A stretch of DNA of 64,000 nt from Candidatus Poribacteria bacterium (GTDB taxonomy: Bacteria; Poribacteria; WGA-4E; PCPOR2b), in NCBI GenBank assembly GCA_965218095.1, contig OZ244587.1, forward strand, positions 5,472,001 through 5,536,000. The letters are read 5' to 3'. Under the pieces are notes generated by a model that was not told the origin of the DNA, did no database searches, and saw only the letters and a program-made list of their open reading frames with translations. The position numbers and the translations under genes are program-made. Numbering within the stretch: position 1 is the stretch's first letter; every line of letters begins with the position of its first letter. This document shows, in pieces, positions 41,979-54,112 of this stretch.

Positions 41979-42872
41979 TTGTACAAGGAAAATCAATTGG
42001 ATAGACTGGTAAATTTCATTTATAATGCTCACCTTACTGCTCTGCGACGATTGCTTATTTCCATCCTTTGCGTTGTCATGCTTGGCTCACCTCGCCTTTG
42101 GGCTGCCCCTTACTTCCGGGATAGTGGCCTGGTAGATGTACCGACAGGAGGGGTAATCGAACACGGAATCTTTAATGTTGGAACGTATTTCGCCTTCCGC
42201 AATGAAGATAAACTGCCACGCGACGAAGCTGCGCTCCAGCTCGATTTTGGGCTGTTCGATCGCGTTGAAATCGGTCTGACGAGCGTTCGGCATAATCAAA
42301 AGAGTTTTTTATCAGGGAATCTCAAGGTGCTTCTCTTTCGCGAAGCTGGGACCGTCCCCAATGTGGCTATTGGCATCGAAAATATTGGTGACAAGATTGA
42401 AACGGGACTGAATGACCTCAAGCGCTACAAGCGCAAATCTGTGTTTCTCGCGATTAGCAAGACGTTCAACTTGCCACGCATTCATCAGATTAATGGACAT
42501 ATCGGTATCGGGAAGAACCGTTTTGTCGAAGAGCTCGGCATGAGTGAGGTATTGAATGGGGTGTTCTTTGGGGTCAGTAAAAGCTTCCAACCTGCCTTTG
42601 CAAAAGGCGATCTGACTTTCAGCATTGAGGGCAATGGCAGGGGAATCAACACGGGGATGCGCCACACCGCAGCCAGTGGACTGCAAGTTTACATCGGCGC
42701 AGAAGCGCTGAACGCCCCGGCGACCGACGGAAAGGAGATCCGGTATCTAGCTGGTGTCGCCTGGACGAACCGGGCGGTGATGAAACGGGTTGAGGAAGCC
42801 AAGCGGTTAGCGAAACAGGCCGCTCGGCTTGCAAGTCAAGCGAAGAAAACTGTCAAAGAAAGGAAACAATGA
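41979..42872 (+). CDS. Putative outer-membrane beta-barrel (YjbH-like)
   Basis: Signal peptide, SGLVDVPT, FGLFDRVEIG, PNVAIGIENI; start uncertain. Confidence 0.55.
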   Translation: MYKENQLDRLVNFIYNAHLTALRRLLISILCVVMLGSPRLWAAPYFRDSGLVDVPTGGVIEHGIFNVGTYFAFRNEDKLPRDEAALQLDFGLFDRVEIGLTSVRHNQKSFLSGNLKVLLFREAGTVPNVAIGIENIGDKIETGLNDLKRYKRKSVFLAISKTFNLPRIHQINGHIGIGKNRFVEELGMSEVLNGVFFGVSKSFQPAFAKGDLTFSIEGNGRGINTGMRHTAASGLQVYIGAEALNAPATDGKEIRYLAGVAWTNRAVMKRVEEAKRLAKQAARLASQAKKTVKERKQ

Positions 42873-43208
42873 GGCAAGCGCAATTCGCCACATTATCTCT
42901 TGATTCGTATATTGTTTGAAGATATAATTGACAACACCTCAACGGGTTAGGGGAAGGAAAAGCGAGTTATGTTAACCCAAGTTGCTACCTATTGAAAATC
43001 CATGGGTTTTCCGTTAAAGTTGAGGTGCTCAACCATAACCTCAAAGGAGAAACTGAAGTGCCAACGGAAATTCAGACCAAAAATAAGCAAAGTTAATCTA
43101 AGTGCTGTCGCTCAAACTCATTTTGGCTAGTTCATCACAGAAGACCACCTTTTGAAATTATGCGGGAAAATTTTCGCACAACCGAACGAATCGTTGATTC
43201 GCTGATTC

Positions 43209-44613
43209 ATGATTATGACAAAAATTCTCATTGTCGATGACGAAAAAAACGCGCTCAAGATGCTTGCCCAGGGGCTGAAACTCGAAGGCTATGACACGCT
43301 GACAGCTTCGAGTGGCGAGGAAGCATTGCAACTCTGTGCGTCGAAGACGGTCGATCTGGTGCTGTTGGATATTCTCATGCTCGGCATGGATGGGGTCGAA
43401 ACGCTAGCCAGGTTAAGGCAGATGCACCCGAATCTGAACGTCGTGATGATGTCAGCACAAAGGGAAATCGAAACGGCGGTCAAAACGATGGAGTTGGGCG
43501 CAAGACGCTACGTAACCAAACCGGCTGGCATTGACGAGATCTTGCACGCCATTGAGCCATTTCTGGAGCTGTCACGCCTGTCACGAGAAAATGAAGCACT
43601 GAAGGATCAGATCGATGCGAGGGAGGAAATGATTGGGGAGAGCACCACTATGCAACACCTCCGCTCGCAGATTCGTCAAGTTGCATCAAGGATCTGAGCG
43701 TGTTGATTACTGGAGAAAACGGCACCGGCAAAGAACTGGTCGCCAATGCGATTCATCAGCAGAGCCAACGGAGTCGGAAGCCGTTTATTAAGCTCAATTG
43801 TGCAGCATTACCAGACGAACTCATCGAAAGCGAACTATTCGGTCATGAACGCGGCGCGTTCACAGGCGCTGCAACACAGCGGCGGGGGAAATTTGAGATC
43901 GCAGATGGAAGCACCCTATTCCTCGACGAGATCGGCGATATGAGCTTAAAAGCACAGGCAAAAGTGCTGCGTGTTCTGGAATACGGTGAGTTAGAGCGAC
44001 TTGGCGGAAATCGAACGCTGCATGTGGATGTTCGGATGATTGCCGCAACGAATAAGAACCTTGAGAAAGAGCTTAAAATCGGAACCTTCCGACAGGATCT
44101 CTATTATCGTTTGAATGTGGTCCCGATTATGTGGTCCCGATTGCTGTCCTTCCGCTCCGTGAGCACGTCGAGGATCTACTGCTGTTGGTGAAACACTTCG
44201 TCGATCAGTTTCACAGGGATAGCGCCCGCTCTCCCAAGGTCATCGATCCATCGGCAATTCGCCTTCTGCAATCTTATAGTTGGCCTGGTAACGTGCGGGA
44301 GTTAAAGAACATTATCGAGCGCCTGCTCATCATGGTCGATCAAGATGTAATCCTGGCGGATGATGTGGCGAATATTCTACCGATTTTACACAGATCCGCC
44401 TACCCCAACGCCGCCGCTGCTTATCAAGGGAACAGGTATCAAATGGACAAATCTCTGCTGGAAATGGTTGATGAAGCTGAAGCGAGTCTTATCCTGGAAG
44501 CGCTTGAGGCAAATGGTTAGAACATCAAGCGAACCGCCGAAGCATTGAAAATTGAGCGGAGCAACTTTTATAAAAAACTCGCCAAGTACAAAATTAAGCG
44601 TCCAGATGATTGA
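43209..44613 (+). pseudogene. Sigma-54 response regulator (NtrC/NtrX family), multiply disrupted
   Basis: REC domain, [25 protein letters not shown]; frameshift near 43690, 14-bp duplication 44115-44142, TAG 44518. Confidence 0.92.
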
Positions 44614-44978
44614 GGAATTAAGCCGTGAGTTTGATCAAGTTGAACAAGAGATCTCGCAAACAGCATCTTGAGTTTCTTTTATTGCCGGCTTGCTAAAATG
44701 CTAAATTTAACGCTCCCTTGCAGTCCCAATCACGGGAGATTCCCTTCTCGTCATCACTGCTGCTTCACCAATCTGAGAGTGAAGATGTGGAAAGGAAGCT
44801 GTCACCTAACTCCCTGCAAACCCCTGGAGAAGAGGGCTATCACCTAGTTTTTGCACGACTCTCACAAAGTTTGTATTCCAGCAAACCATCCACGCATCCC
44901 CGCCAAATATCAACTCGGAGGCATCGCTGAGATTGGCCGTGTTTATCTCGAAGAAGAAGAAGAAGGGAGCAAATACTG

Positions 44979-45776
44979 GTGATAGCAATATCCATCATCA
45001 TCTTCACGCTAGGATTGGTGATTGGCAGCTTTCTGAACGTATGTATCTATCGGATACCCCGCGAAGGGCTTTCCATTCACTTTCCCCGGACTTCTTTCTG
45101 CCCCGAATGCCAAACTCCAATCCAGGCTTCCGATAACATCCCCATACTGAGTTATCTCATCGTGAGAGGACGCTGTCGACATTGTGGCGCCAAGATCTCG
45201 ATCGTTTACCCTTTGGTTGAACTAATGACCGGCGGCTTGTTTCTTCTCCTATTTTATCGCTTCGGATTGACGCTTGAGTTTTTGCACGGAGGCCTGTTTG
45301 TCGGCTTGCTCGTACCAATTACCTGGGTTGATGCGCGGTGGTATATCATTCCGAACGCCATTATCGTTGTTGGGTTAATCGCCGGTTCGGCGGTAACCAT
45401 CCTCATTTCGCTGACAAGCCGTAATCTGAGCTATCTGATTGAGCACCTGATTGGGGCAATCGCAGGGGGCGCATTGCTGTTATTGATTGCCGCCGTGGGC
45501 GCCGTCCTCTTTCGTAAGAAAGCAATGGGTGGTGGAGACATCAAATTAATGATCCTTATCGGGCTGTTTCTTGGTGTATGGCCACATCTGCTAGTCGTGA
45601 TTATGGTCTCCGCTTTTATCGGTTCAATCGTTGGCGTGTTACTCATTGCGCTTAGAAAAAAAAGTCGAGAAGGTCGCATCCCTTACGGACCTTTTCTCGT
45701 GATTGGTGCGCTGCTCGATCTGTTTTCGGGGAGTGAAATCTGGGGCTGGTACTTAAAACTCATCGGCTGGCAATAG
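44979..45776 (+). CDS. pilD: Prepilin peptidase
   Basis: GSFLNVCIYRIP, CPEC, GRCRHC, MGGGDIKL, IPYGPFL. Confidence 0.93.
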   Translation: MIAISIIIFTLGLVIGSFLNVCIYRIPREGLSIHFPRTSFCPECQTPIQASDNIPILSYLIVRGRCRHCGAKISIVYPLVELMTGGLFLLLFYRFGLTLEFLHGGLFVGLLVPITWVDARWYIIPNAIIVVGLIAGSAVTILISLTSRNLSYLIEHLIGAIAGGALLLLIAAVGAVLFRKKAMGGGDIKLMILIGLFLGVWPHLLVVIMVSAFIGSIVGVLLIALRKKSREGRIPYGPFLVIGALLDLFSGSEIWGWYLKLIGWQ

Positions 45777-45821
45777 GCGAATCGTCTGTGTCAACTTTTT
45801 ACGAAACAAGGAGGAAGAAAA

Positions 45822-46229
45822 ATGCCATACAAAATCTATCCCACTGCCGCTCCTGACGCATCAATCGCTTTCCAAATCGAACTTGATCCACACGCAATTG
45901 CAGCGATGGAAGAGATCGAAAATAGCGGGGGGCAAGGCGCAGAACGCGAGGAGATCTTGCGAAAACACCTCGGCGAAGATTACGACAAAGGATACCGGGG
46001 AACGGCTTATGGCCTCCACGGAATTTCCGAAGGACTCACCCCAGCGAGGCTTGCTGAAATGCTCGCGGCGCATGGTGAGTCCTTTGATCCGTGCGCGGAT
46101 CGAGAGACGTTCGATCACAGCATGATGGTCAATGTCGAATCGGAGTTAGATTCGCAGTTGGAATTTATTCCCAACCGGGTTCTCAATGCCATCGTGGAAG
46201 CCTACAAGCAGGAACTTATCGGCGATTAA
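45822..46229 (+). CDS. Hypothetical protein
   Basis: Strong SD AAGGAGG, 135-aa ORF. Confidence 0.7.
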   Translation: MPYKIYPTAAPDASIAFQIELDPHAIAAMEEIENSGGQGAEREEILRKHLGEDYDKGYRGTAYGLHGISEGLTPARLAEMLAAHGESFDPCADRETFDHSMMVNVESELDSQLEFIPNRVLNAIVEAYKQELIGD

Positions 46230-46381
46230 GATTTCTGGAAAATCAGTTGATTGGCTGCGGGGCTGATTGATACGAAATTTTCGTTGACACGCATACCAAA
46301 GCGCAGTAAAATAGGTTCCGGTTGTGCCAAGAAATCGGTAAGTGGCGCGAAGACTGCCTACAACAAAAGGAGATACTTACC

Positions 46382-47386
46382 ATGAAAATCACTCAGGTAG
46401 ACCTTTACGAGGTAGAAATCCCTCCAATCCCGCCCATCGCCAAGTACGTCCCCAAAATCTACGATATCACCCTCTGTCGACTCCAGACCGATGAAGGTCT
46501 GATGGGTTGGGGGGAATCGCAGGAGAAGAAAGCGATGTATGAGGACAAGGCGCAATCCTATGTGGGTCAAGATGCGCTGGCGTTAGACCCATTTGCTCAG
46601 CCCAATCCGTTCACCTGTGCCTTGCTGGACATCGCCGGACAGGCCTACGGCATTCCAGTCCACCGCTTCTTCGGCGAAAAGGTACGTGACGAGGTGCCGG
46701 TTTCCTACTGGTCTTGCCCTATGGATCCCCATGAAACGGCTGCGGAGGCAGAAGTGGGCGCGAGTTTGGGATTCACGAACCACAAACTCAAGGCACGTTC
46801 TTGGAACATCGTGGAAACGGTGCGCCTCATGAAGGAGGCGGCGGGGCCCGATTACACCGTCGGTGTGGATCCAAATACAGAATTCAAATATCCGTATATT
46901 GCCGCTCGTTTGGCCGAAGAGCTTGAACCTTTCGGAACGGTTGCCAATTTTGAAGACCCGGTCCTCAAAAATAACTTAGATTGGTATCGCTTGTTGCGTG
47001 AGAAAACCCACATCCCCCAAGCCCTGCACCTGGGAGCCCCGAAAGGGGTGCTGGCGGCGCTCAAAGCGGAGTGCATCGACTATGTAAACCTGGGGGGCTC
47101 CGCCCAGCAGATTCGGAAAGCCGCCGCATTAGCCGAAGCCGCGGATGTGCCTTGCTGGATACAGATGGGGGGGCTCTGCCTGGGCGTGCTTGCCGCCTAT
47201 TCCGTCCATCTGCAGTCCACCTTGCCTAGCGCCACCCTCCCCTGTGACGAACTCCCCTTCACCCGCGTCGCCGATGTGCTGGATGGGGGGCTGGGGATCA
47301 AAGCGGGGCACTTTCTGGTACCGGACGGACCAGGGTTGGGCGTCAAAGTGGACATGAAGGTTGTTGAAAAATACCGTGTAGCGTGA
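46382..47386 (+). CDS. Mandelate racemase/muconate cycloisomerase (enolase superfamily)
   Basis: GWGE, LLDIAGQAYG.PV, KLK, VDPN, FEDP, PDGPGLGV. Confidence 0.88.
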   Translation: MKITQVDLYEVEIPPIPPIAKYVPKIYDITLCRLQTDEGLMGWGESQEKKAMYEDKAQSYVGQDALALDPFAQPNPFTCALLDIAGQAYGIPVHRFFGEKVRDEVPVSYWSCPMDPHETAAEAEVGASLGFTNHKLKARSWNIVETVRLMKEAAGPDYTVGVDPNTEFKYPYIAARLAEELEPFGTVANFEDPVLKNNLDWYRLLREKTHIPQALHLGAPKGVLAALKAECIDYVNLGGSAQQIRKAAALAEAADVPCWIQMGGLCLGVLAAYSVHLQSTLPSATLPCDELPFTRVADVLDGGLGIKAGHFLVPDGPGLGVKVDMKVVEKYRVA

Positions 47387-47575
47387 GTACAGAAATAAAC
47401 AGCATTTGATTCACGCTTTTCTCCAAAACTCTCGTCCTGTGCGTCGCTTGTTCATTGGTTCATGCGTTCATTAGCGCGCCGCTTAACCAATGAACTTCTG
47501 AACTGATGAACTTGCGGTTGCAACCCACCCAGTTTTAGCGTCAAAATTCAGCTATCCAAGAAAGGCTTTCCTAAA

Positions 47576-48334
47576 ATGCCACGAATTGAACTGGAAATCT
47601 CCAATCGAGTTGCCACGCTGACCTTGTGTCGCCCTGAAACCCTTAATGCCATCGATCGAGCTTTATTGCGTGAGTTCGAGGAGGCGCTGCGTCAGGTGAA
47701 GGAAGCCTCAGGAGTGGTGGTGCTCGTCACCCAGGGCAGTGGACGGGCATTTTCTGCGGGTAGTGACTTGAAGGAATTGGCGAAATGTTCGCCTCAGCAG
47801 GCAGCTAAGTTTGAGTATGCACACGGGCAGGTTTTTGCACAACTAGAGAAGCTTCCGCAGATTACCGTTGCGGCATGGCAGGGGTACGTTCTGGGGGGTG
47901 GGCTCTTCTTGGGTGTCTATCACGATTTCCGCGTGGCTGCACAGGGTGCCAATATCGGCCTGCCAGAGGTTGCTCACGGTTGGACGCCGCCGTGGGGCGT
48001 TTCTCGATTGGTGGAACTGATAGGATTTCAGGCGTCTAGAAAGCTTATGCTATGCGGGGGGCAGTTTGATGGCGCGTTAGCACAGCAGATTGGCTTGGTT
48101 GATGAGGTTTTGCCCGATGCGGAATTCGAGGGACGCCTGTGGGATTGGGCAGAGGAGCTCGCCTCTCGCCCAGCAACTGCACTCCGTGAAACCAAAGCGT
48201 TACTCCGTGAAATGCAGGCGCAAGACCACAATCATTGGGAGCGACGGACGGTGGCGGCGTTTGAAAGGTGTTATGCAACCGATGAAGCACAGCAGGCGGT
48301 GCAGCGGTTCGTTCAACGCGAGAGTAAGAGGTGA
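47576..48334 (+). CDS. Enoyl-CoA hydratase/isomerase
   Basis: RPETLNA, AFSAGSDL, LGGG, GLPEV. Confidence 0.9.
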   Translation: MPRIELEISNRVATLTLCRPETLNAIDRALLREFEEALRQVKEASGVVVLVTQGSGRAFSAGSDLKELAKCSPQQAAKFEYAHGQVFAQLEKLPQITVAAWQGYVLGGGLFLGVYHDFRVAAQGANIGLPEVAHGWTPPWGVSRLVELIGFQASRKLMLCGGQFDGALAQQIGLVDEVLPDAEFEGRLWDWAEELASRPATALRETKALLREMQAQDHNHWERRTVAAFERCYATDEAQQAVQRFVQRESKR

Positions 48335-48426
48335 GTTATCTGATTATTCTTATCTTTCGCCTGTTTTTAATCGGCGAGAAATATCAAGGCAGAAAATAAA
48401 GATCTGGGGGATATAGTCAATAGATC

Positions 48427-49137
48427 ATGCTACCAAAAGCCATTCTATTCGATTTAGACGATACAATTCTGGAATTTTCTGTGGGAGCTGACCCTGTATG
48501 GAAAGCGATCTGTTCCAAATACGCCGAAAAGACAAATATGTTTGACCCGACGGATCTTTTTGAATCCATCAAAGGGGTTCGGGATTGGTTTTGGGCGGAC
48601 ACAGAACGCCACAAAGAAGGTCGAAGGAATTTGAATCAGACAAGAAGAATAATTGTTTCAAAAGCGTTGTCCAGCTTGGGATTAAACCGTCTAAACCTCG
48701 CAGGCGAAATCGCGGATTCGTATACAAAGATTCGGGAGGAAGGAATAACCCTCTTTCCCAAGGCAATTGAAACTTTGCAATATTTGCGTGATAACAGGGT
48801 TCGTTTGGCGTTGGTGACGAATGGTTCAGCGGAGAAGCAGCAGAAGAAGATTGAAAGATTCAACTTAGCTCAATTTTTCGATTGTGTCCTAATCGAAGGC
48901 GTCGTGGGAATTGGCAAACCGGACCCAAAAATCTATCTGCATGCGCTAAAAGAATTGAGTGTTGTGCCAACGGATGCGTGGATGGTCGGAGACAACTTGG
49001 GATGGGAGGTGACCGCGCCACAAAAATTGGGCATTTATGGAATTTGGCATGACCATAGGGGACAAGGGCTTCCACCATCTACGACGGTTAAGCCGGATCG
49101 AATCATCAATCGTATTTCCGAGTTGCGTACCGTGTAG
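48427..49137 (+). CDS. HAD family hydrolase
   Basis: FDLDDT, VTNG, KPDP, MVGDN. Confidence 0.9.
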   Translation: MLPKAILFDLDDTILEFSVGADPVWKAICSKYAEKTNMFDPTDLFESIKGVRDWFWADTERHKEGRRNLNQTRRIIVSKALSSLGLNRLNLAGEIADSYTKIREEGITLFPKAIETLQYLRDNRVRLALVTNGSAEKQQKKIERFNLAQFFDCVLIEGVVGIGKPDPKIYLHALKELSVVPTDAWMVGDNLGWEVTAPQKLGIYGIWHDHRGQGLPPSTTVKPDRIINRISELRTV

Positions 49138-49177
49138 CAGAGCATAGAACTCGTATAGAATAAACGGAGGAACGGAC

Positions 49178-50725
49178 GTGGACATTGCTGGTAACCGCAC
49201 AATATCGGGCATCTTCAGCCAGTTTGCAGCATACCATCCTGACAAGACGTACCTGATTTTTGAAGATTTGGAAGGACGTTGTCAGCAGTGGAGCTTCGCA
49301 CAGTTCGAGGAGCGGGTGAATCAGACCGCTCGCTGGTTGCTGGAGATGGGTGTCAAGCGGGGGGAAGCCTTCGCCTTTCACGCCCCCAACTCGCCGGCCT
49401 TCGTGGCGCTCGCTATCGCCGCCAGCCGCGTCGGGACAGTTATTGTCCCCACCGATCATCGCGCCACTGTTGATGAGCTTGTCTACATCTTAGATCACTC
49501 TGAATCTCGACTTGTTGTCACCGAGTTTGAACAACTGGAGGTCGCGCAGGCAGCGGCATTGGCGACCTCTTGTGTACAGGAGATAGTACTGTCTCGGTGT
49601 AAGCATCCCAGCGGACATCCGGTCTTCGAGTGCGAAATCGCCCGACAAGATACCTCTCCCCCCGACGTTGAGATTAGCCCTGAAGATGTTGTACACATGT
49701 TGTACACCTCTGGCACAACTAGTCGCCCCAAAGGCGTGTTATTCACCAACAGAGCGTTGATCTACGGTGCTGAGGTCTTCGTGCGTGCCAGCGGGCTACG
49801 AAACGAAGACCGGCACCTCATCACACTGCCCGTGTTTCACGCGGCAGCGCAATGCCACGCCTTTTGGCCATCTCTGGTTTGTGGCGCCAGTATCGTCGTG
49901 TCTCCACGATTTAGCCCCACGCGCTTTTTTGGACTTGCTGTCCGACATCAATGCACGATGGCGGCGTTGTTCTCCGCTCCGTTGCGGATGTTGCTCGCCC
50001 AACCGCCTAACGAGACCCAGCGATTCCACCGCTTGAGAAATGCCACCTTCGCCATCGCCCTGACCGATGAACAATTCGCCGAGTGGGATGTGCGCTTCGG
50101 TGCGCCGCTCCAGCATCTTTGGGGGATGACCGAAACGGTGGGCTTGCCACTCATGAGCCCGCTCTACGGTCCTCGAAACCTGCCGTCAATGGGACAACCC
50201 GTCCTGGGCTACGAAGTGAAGATCTTTGACGACAACGGTAACGAAGTGCCTCCGGGAGAGGTCGGACAGATCGTGGTCGGGGCGGAACCCGGCCACACGG
50301 TCATGAAAGGGTACTTCAAAAATCTAAAGGCGACCGACGAGACCCTTCGGGATGGATGGCTATACACCGGCGACAACGCATATTACGATGAGCGGGGGTA
50401 TTTCTATTTCGTTGACCGGGGCAAGGATATAATCAAGCGAGGCGGCGAAAATGTTGCCCCCAGCGAAATTGAGGTAGCGATTAAACAGGTCAATGGCGTC
50501 TCTGATGTTGCGGTTGTCGGCATGCCTGACCCGATGTACGACGAGGTCCCCAAGGCATTCGTGATTCTCCGACCAGAATCCACGCTCAACGATGAACAGA
50601 TCCTTGAGCACTGCCGCAGGTTACTCACGCGGTTCAAAGTTCCCGTGTCAGTGACGTTCTGTGAGGAATTCCCCAGAACCTCCGTCGGAAAGATTCAGAA
50701 ACACCTGTTGCGTAATCAGGAATGA
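49178..50725 (+). CDS. AMP-dependent acyl-CoA ligase (CaiC-like)
   Basis: YTSGTTSRPKG, WGMTET, TGD, DRGKDIIKRGGEN, PRTSVGKIQK. Confidence 0.88.
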   Translation: MDIAGNRTISGIFSQFAAYHPDKTYLIFEDLEGRCQQWSFAQFEERVNQTARWLLEMGVKRGEAFAFHAPNSPAFVALAIAASRVGTVIVPTDHRATVDELVYILDHSESRLVVTEFEQLEVAQAAALATSCVQEIVLSRCKHPSGHPVFECEIARQDTSPPDVEISPEDVVHMLYTSGTTSRPKGVLFTNRALIYGAEVFVRASGLRNEDRHLITLPVFHAAAQCHAFWPSLVCGASIVVSPRFSPTRFFGLAVRHQCTMAALFSAPLRMLLAQPPNETQRFHRLRNATFAIALTDEQFAEWDVRFGAPLQHLWGMTETVGLPLMSPLYGPRNLPSMGQPVLGYEVKIFDDNGNEVPPGEVGQIVVGAEPGHTVMKGYFKNLKATDETLRDGWLYTGDNAYYDERGYFYFVDRGKDIIKRGGENVAPSEIEVAIKQVNGVSDVAVVGMPDPMYDEVPKAFVILRPESTLNDEQILEHCRRLLTRFKVPVSVTFCEEFPRTSVGKIQKHLLRNQE

Positions 50726-50901
50726 GAGCTATCTGACTGATTTTCTCCTCAATTCTGGTTGGGCCTACAAATGGATTACGACCTTGATTGTGCTGCGGAT
50801 ATTTTGGCAGACCGGTTGGATCAGGAGGTAAAATCGTATGCCGCAACGAGTTAGGTGCAAATCTTGTCATTCTTAATCCTACCTGAAAAAGCATACAGGG
50901 A

Positions 50902-51675
50902 GTGAATGTGGAAGAAATCCTAAGGACTAATAATGTGTTCCTGAACTTCGGCGGCGTCCAGGCACTTTCTGACGTTAGCCTTCACGTCAATCGGGGCGAA
51001 ATCTTCTCGATAATTGGCCCCAATGGTGCCGGAAAAACTTCTTTGCTCAACAGTATTAGCGGCTTTTACCGTCCCCAAAAAGGCACGATTTATTTTCAAT
51101 ATGTGAACATTACAAAACTCCCTTCCTACAAGAGGTCCGAACTTGGAATTGCCCGGACCTTCCAGAACATTGAACTCTTCAAACACATGACCGTCCTTGA
51201 TAACTTCATGCTTGGGGGCCATATTCATACGAAGTCTGGCATCCTCTCCGGAAGCATCTACTGAAAATTCTCTGAAAAGGAAGAGCTGAGGATGCGCGAA
51301 AAAATCGAAGAAATCATAGACTTTCTTGAAATTGAACACATTCGATACCAGCTCGTTGGTCAACTATCCTATGGTCTTCAAAAACGGGTTGAATTGGGTC
51401 GATCCCTGGCTTTGCAACCCAGGATCATCTTAATGGATGAGCCAATGGCGGGCATGGCCATCGAAGAAAAGGAAGACATCGTGCGATTCATCATTGACAT
51501 CAACGAAGAGCAGGATGTCACGGTTGTCTTAATTGAACACGATATGGGCATCGTGATGGACATTTCCGATCGCGTCGCTGTCCTCGATTTCGGGGAAAAA
51601 ATCGCTGAAGGGGCACCGAAGGAAGTAAGAAATGATGAAAATGTCATAAAAGCTTATATCGGTGAGGAGATTTGA
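50902..51675 (+). pseudogene. livG: LivG-like ABC ATPase with in-frame stop
   Basis: GPNGAGKTS, ARTFQN, LSYG, DEP; TGA at 51262-51264. Confidence 0.88.
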
Positions 51676-51737
51676 TTTGTCATTGAGGAAGTCATATCAT
51701 ATGGTTTGAACACAACAGAAATCGGAGGGAATATCGT

Positions 51738-52486
51738 ATGGCTGTCGAAAAAACGAAGGAAGATCAATCTCAAAAGGTCCCTGTCCAGCCGACTGCACAC
51801 GTTGTGGAAAAGAAAAAAGTTTCGCCACCATCGCTGAAGCATGGAGAGCACCTGACACGGGACGAATTTGAGCGGCGTTATGAGGCGATACCGCACCTGA
51901 AGAAAGCAGAACTGATTGAAGGAGTTGTTTACATGGGCTCACCTGTACGGACTGATATTCATGGCAAACCTCACGGTTATACCATGGCTTGGATCGGTGT
52001 CTATTGTGCCGCAACGCCCGGTGTTGATTTCTCGGATAACGCCACCGTCTACCTCGATCTCGACAACGAGGCGCAGCCCGATGCGTTGCTCCGGATCGAC
52101 GAAGGCGGTGCCTCCCTCCTCAGCGATAAGGGCTACATCGAAGGTACACTGGAATTGATTGTCGAAATTGCCGGGACCAGCGCTACGATTTGCACGAGAA
52201 ATTAGAAGCCTATCTTCGTAACGGGGGGGCGGAGTACATCGTGTGGCAGATGCAGGACAGACGACTCGACTGGTTCCGTCTTGTCAATGAGGAATACGTG
52301 CCGATGCTGCCCGATGTGGACGGACTGATAGAAAGCTAGGCATTTCCCGGCTTGCGCCTGGCAGTGAAGGCGCTAATGGAAGGAGATCTCGCAACAGTTT
52401 TGTCAGAATTACAAAAGGGATTGGAGACCGCCAAGCATGCCACATTCGTCGGGCAGTTGTTGGAAAAAAGGAATTCAAAAGCTTGA
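51738..52486 (+). pseudogene. Uma2 family endonuclease, disrupted
   Basis: ELIEGVVYM, QPDALL, ELIVEIA; frameshift near 52183 and TAG at 52337. Confidence 0.85.
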
Positions 52487-52495
52487 CTGTTCAGG

Positions 52496-52630
52496 ATGGA
52501 TACGATGGATACGATGGATACGATGGATACGATGGATACGATGGATACGATGGATACGATGGATACGATGGATACGATGGATACGATGGATACGATGGAT
52601 ACGATGGATACGATGGATACGATGGATACT
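52496..52630 (+). repeat. 9-bp tandem repeat ATGGATACG x15 (MDT)n
   Basis: Direct count over 135 bp; last unit ATGGATACT. Confidence 0.97.
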
Positions 52631-54112
52631 TGTACATTTCCAAAGCTGTTACGTGAAAAATACCTGAAATGGGGCGACGGCAAAGTTGCCCTCCGAGAAA
52701 AGGACTATGGTCTGTGGAATATCGTGACCTGGAAGGGGTATTATGAGCATGTCAAATACTTTGCGCTTGGGCTGAAATCCCTCGGCTTTGAAAGAGGTGA
52801 GCATATCTCAATCATCGGGAATAACGAACCGGAGTGGGTTTATGCCGAACTCGCTGTTCAATCGCTGGGAGGCGTTGTGATAGGGATCTACCAGGATTCA
52901 ACCCCAGCCGAAGTCAAGTATGTTGCGGAAAAATCGGATTCCGTGTATATCGTCGCCGAAGATCAGGAGCAGGTGGATAAGCTTCTTGAGATCAAAGATG
53001 AAATTCCACCCCTGAGAAAAGTGGTGTATTGGGATGCCAAAGGAATGAGAAATTACGAGGATGTGATACTGATCTGCTTTCAGGCGGTTCAAGATTTTGG
53101 TAGAGCTTACGAGAAATCCCACCCAGGGCTTTTTGAAGCGGAGATTGACAAAGGAACGCCCGGTGATACTGCCCTGATTCTCGCAACCTCCGGAACGACG
53201 AGCCTTCCGAAACTTGCTATGCTCAGTTACAGGAATATGCTGAAGATGGCTGAGAATCTGCTTGCTGAGATCGATCCGATGGATGCGACAGACGAGTTTG
53301 TCTCATGCCTTCCACTCGCCTGGATTGGTGAGCAGATGATAACCATTTCGGGCGCAATGCGCCTCGGATTTACGGTCAATTTTCCCGAAGAGCCTACGAC
53401 AGTTCAGGAGGATATCCGGGAAATTGCGCCACATGTCATGTTTTCTCCACCACGGATTTGGGAGGGAATCCTTTCCACAATTCAGGTCAAAATTGAGGAT
53501 GCCAGTTGGCTCAAGCGGCTCGTTTACAGAACGTTTATGCCGGTTGGCTATAAGACCGCGGATCTAAGGTTTGGAAATCAGCAACCAACCCTCAAATGGA
53601 AGATGCTCTATAAGCTGGGATATTTTGCGCTTTTCAGGGCGATCAAAGACAGAATTGGACTCTCACGAATTAGAAATGCGTACACGGGTGGGGCGGCGCT
53701 AGGCCCTGATGTTTTCAGGTTTTATCATGCGATTGGGGTGAATCTGAAGCAGATCTATGGTCAAACAGAGATTTCCGGTATCTCCGTCGTGCACCGAGGT
53801 GATGATATAAAATTTGAAACGGTTGGTCATCCGATACCTGAAACGGAGGTAAAGATCTCTGCGGAAGGGGAGATCCTCTCTAAGTCACCCTGTGTGTTTC
53901 AGGGGTATTACAAGGACAGTGAGGCAACATTAACGGCGCTGAAAGATGGGTGGTTGTGTTCGGGGGACGCCGGATACATTGATGATGCCGGTCATCTTGT
54001 AGTCATCGACCGTATGAAGGATGTCATGCAGATCTCGGATGGAAACCTCTTCTCACCGCAGTTTATCGAAAACAAGCTAAAATTTAGTCCGTATGTTAAG
54101 GAAGCCGTTGTT
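52496..54112 (+). pseudogene. Long-chain acyl-CoA synthetase, 3'-truncated at a group II intron
   Basis: TSGTTSLPK, YGQTE, SGDAG..IDRMKD, IENKLKFSPYVKEAVV then intron; the remainder is absent. Confidence 0.88.

Noticed and set aside
52496-52630. CRISPR array
   Set aside because: Spacerless 9-bp tandem repeat; no cas genes or repeat-spacer structure anywhere in the window
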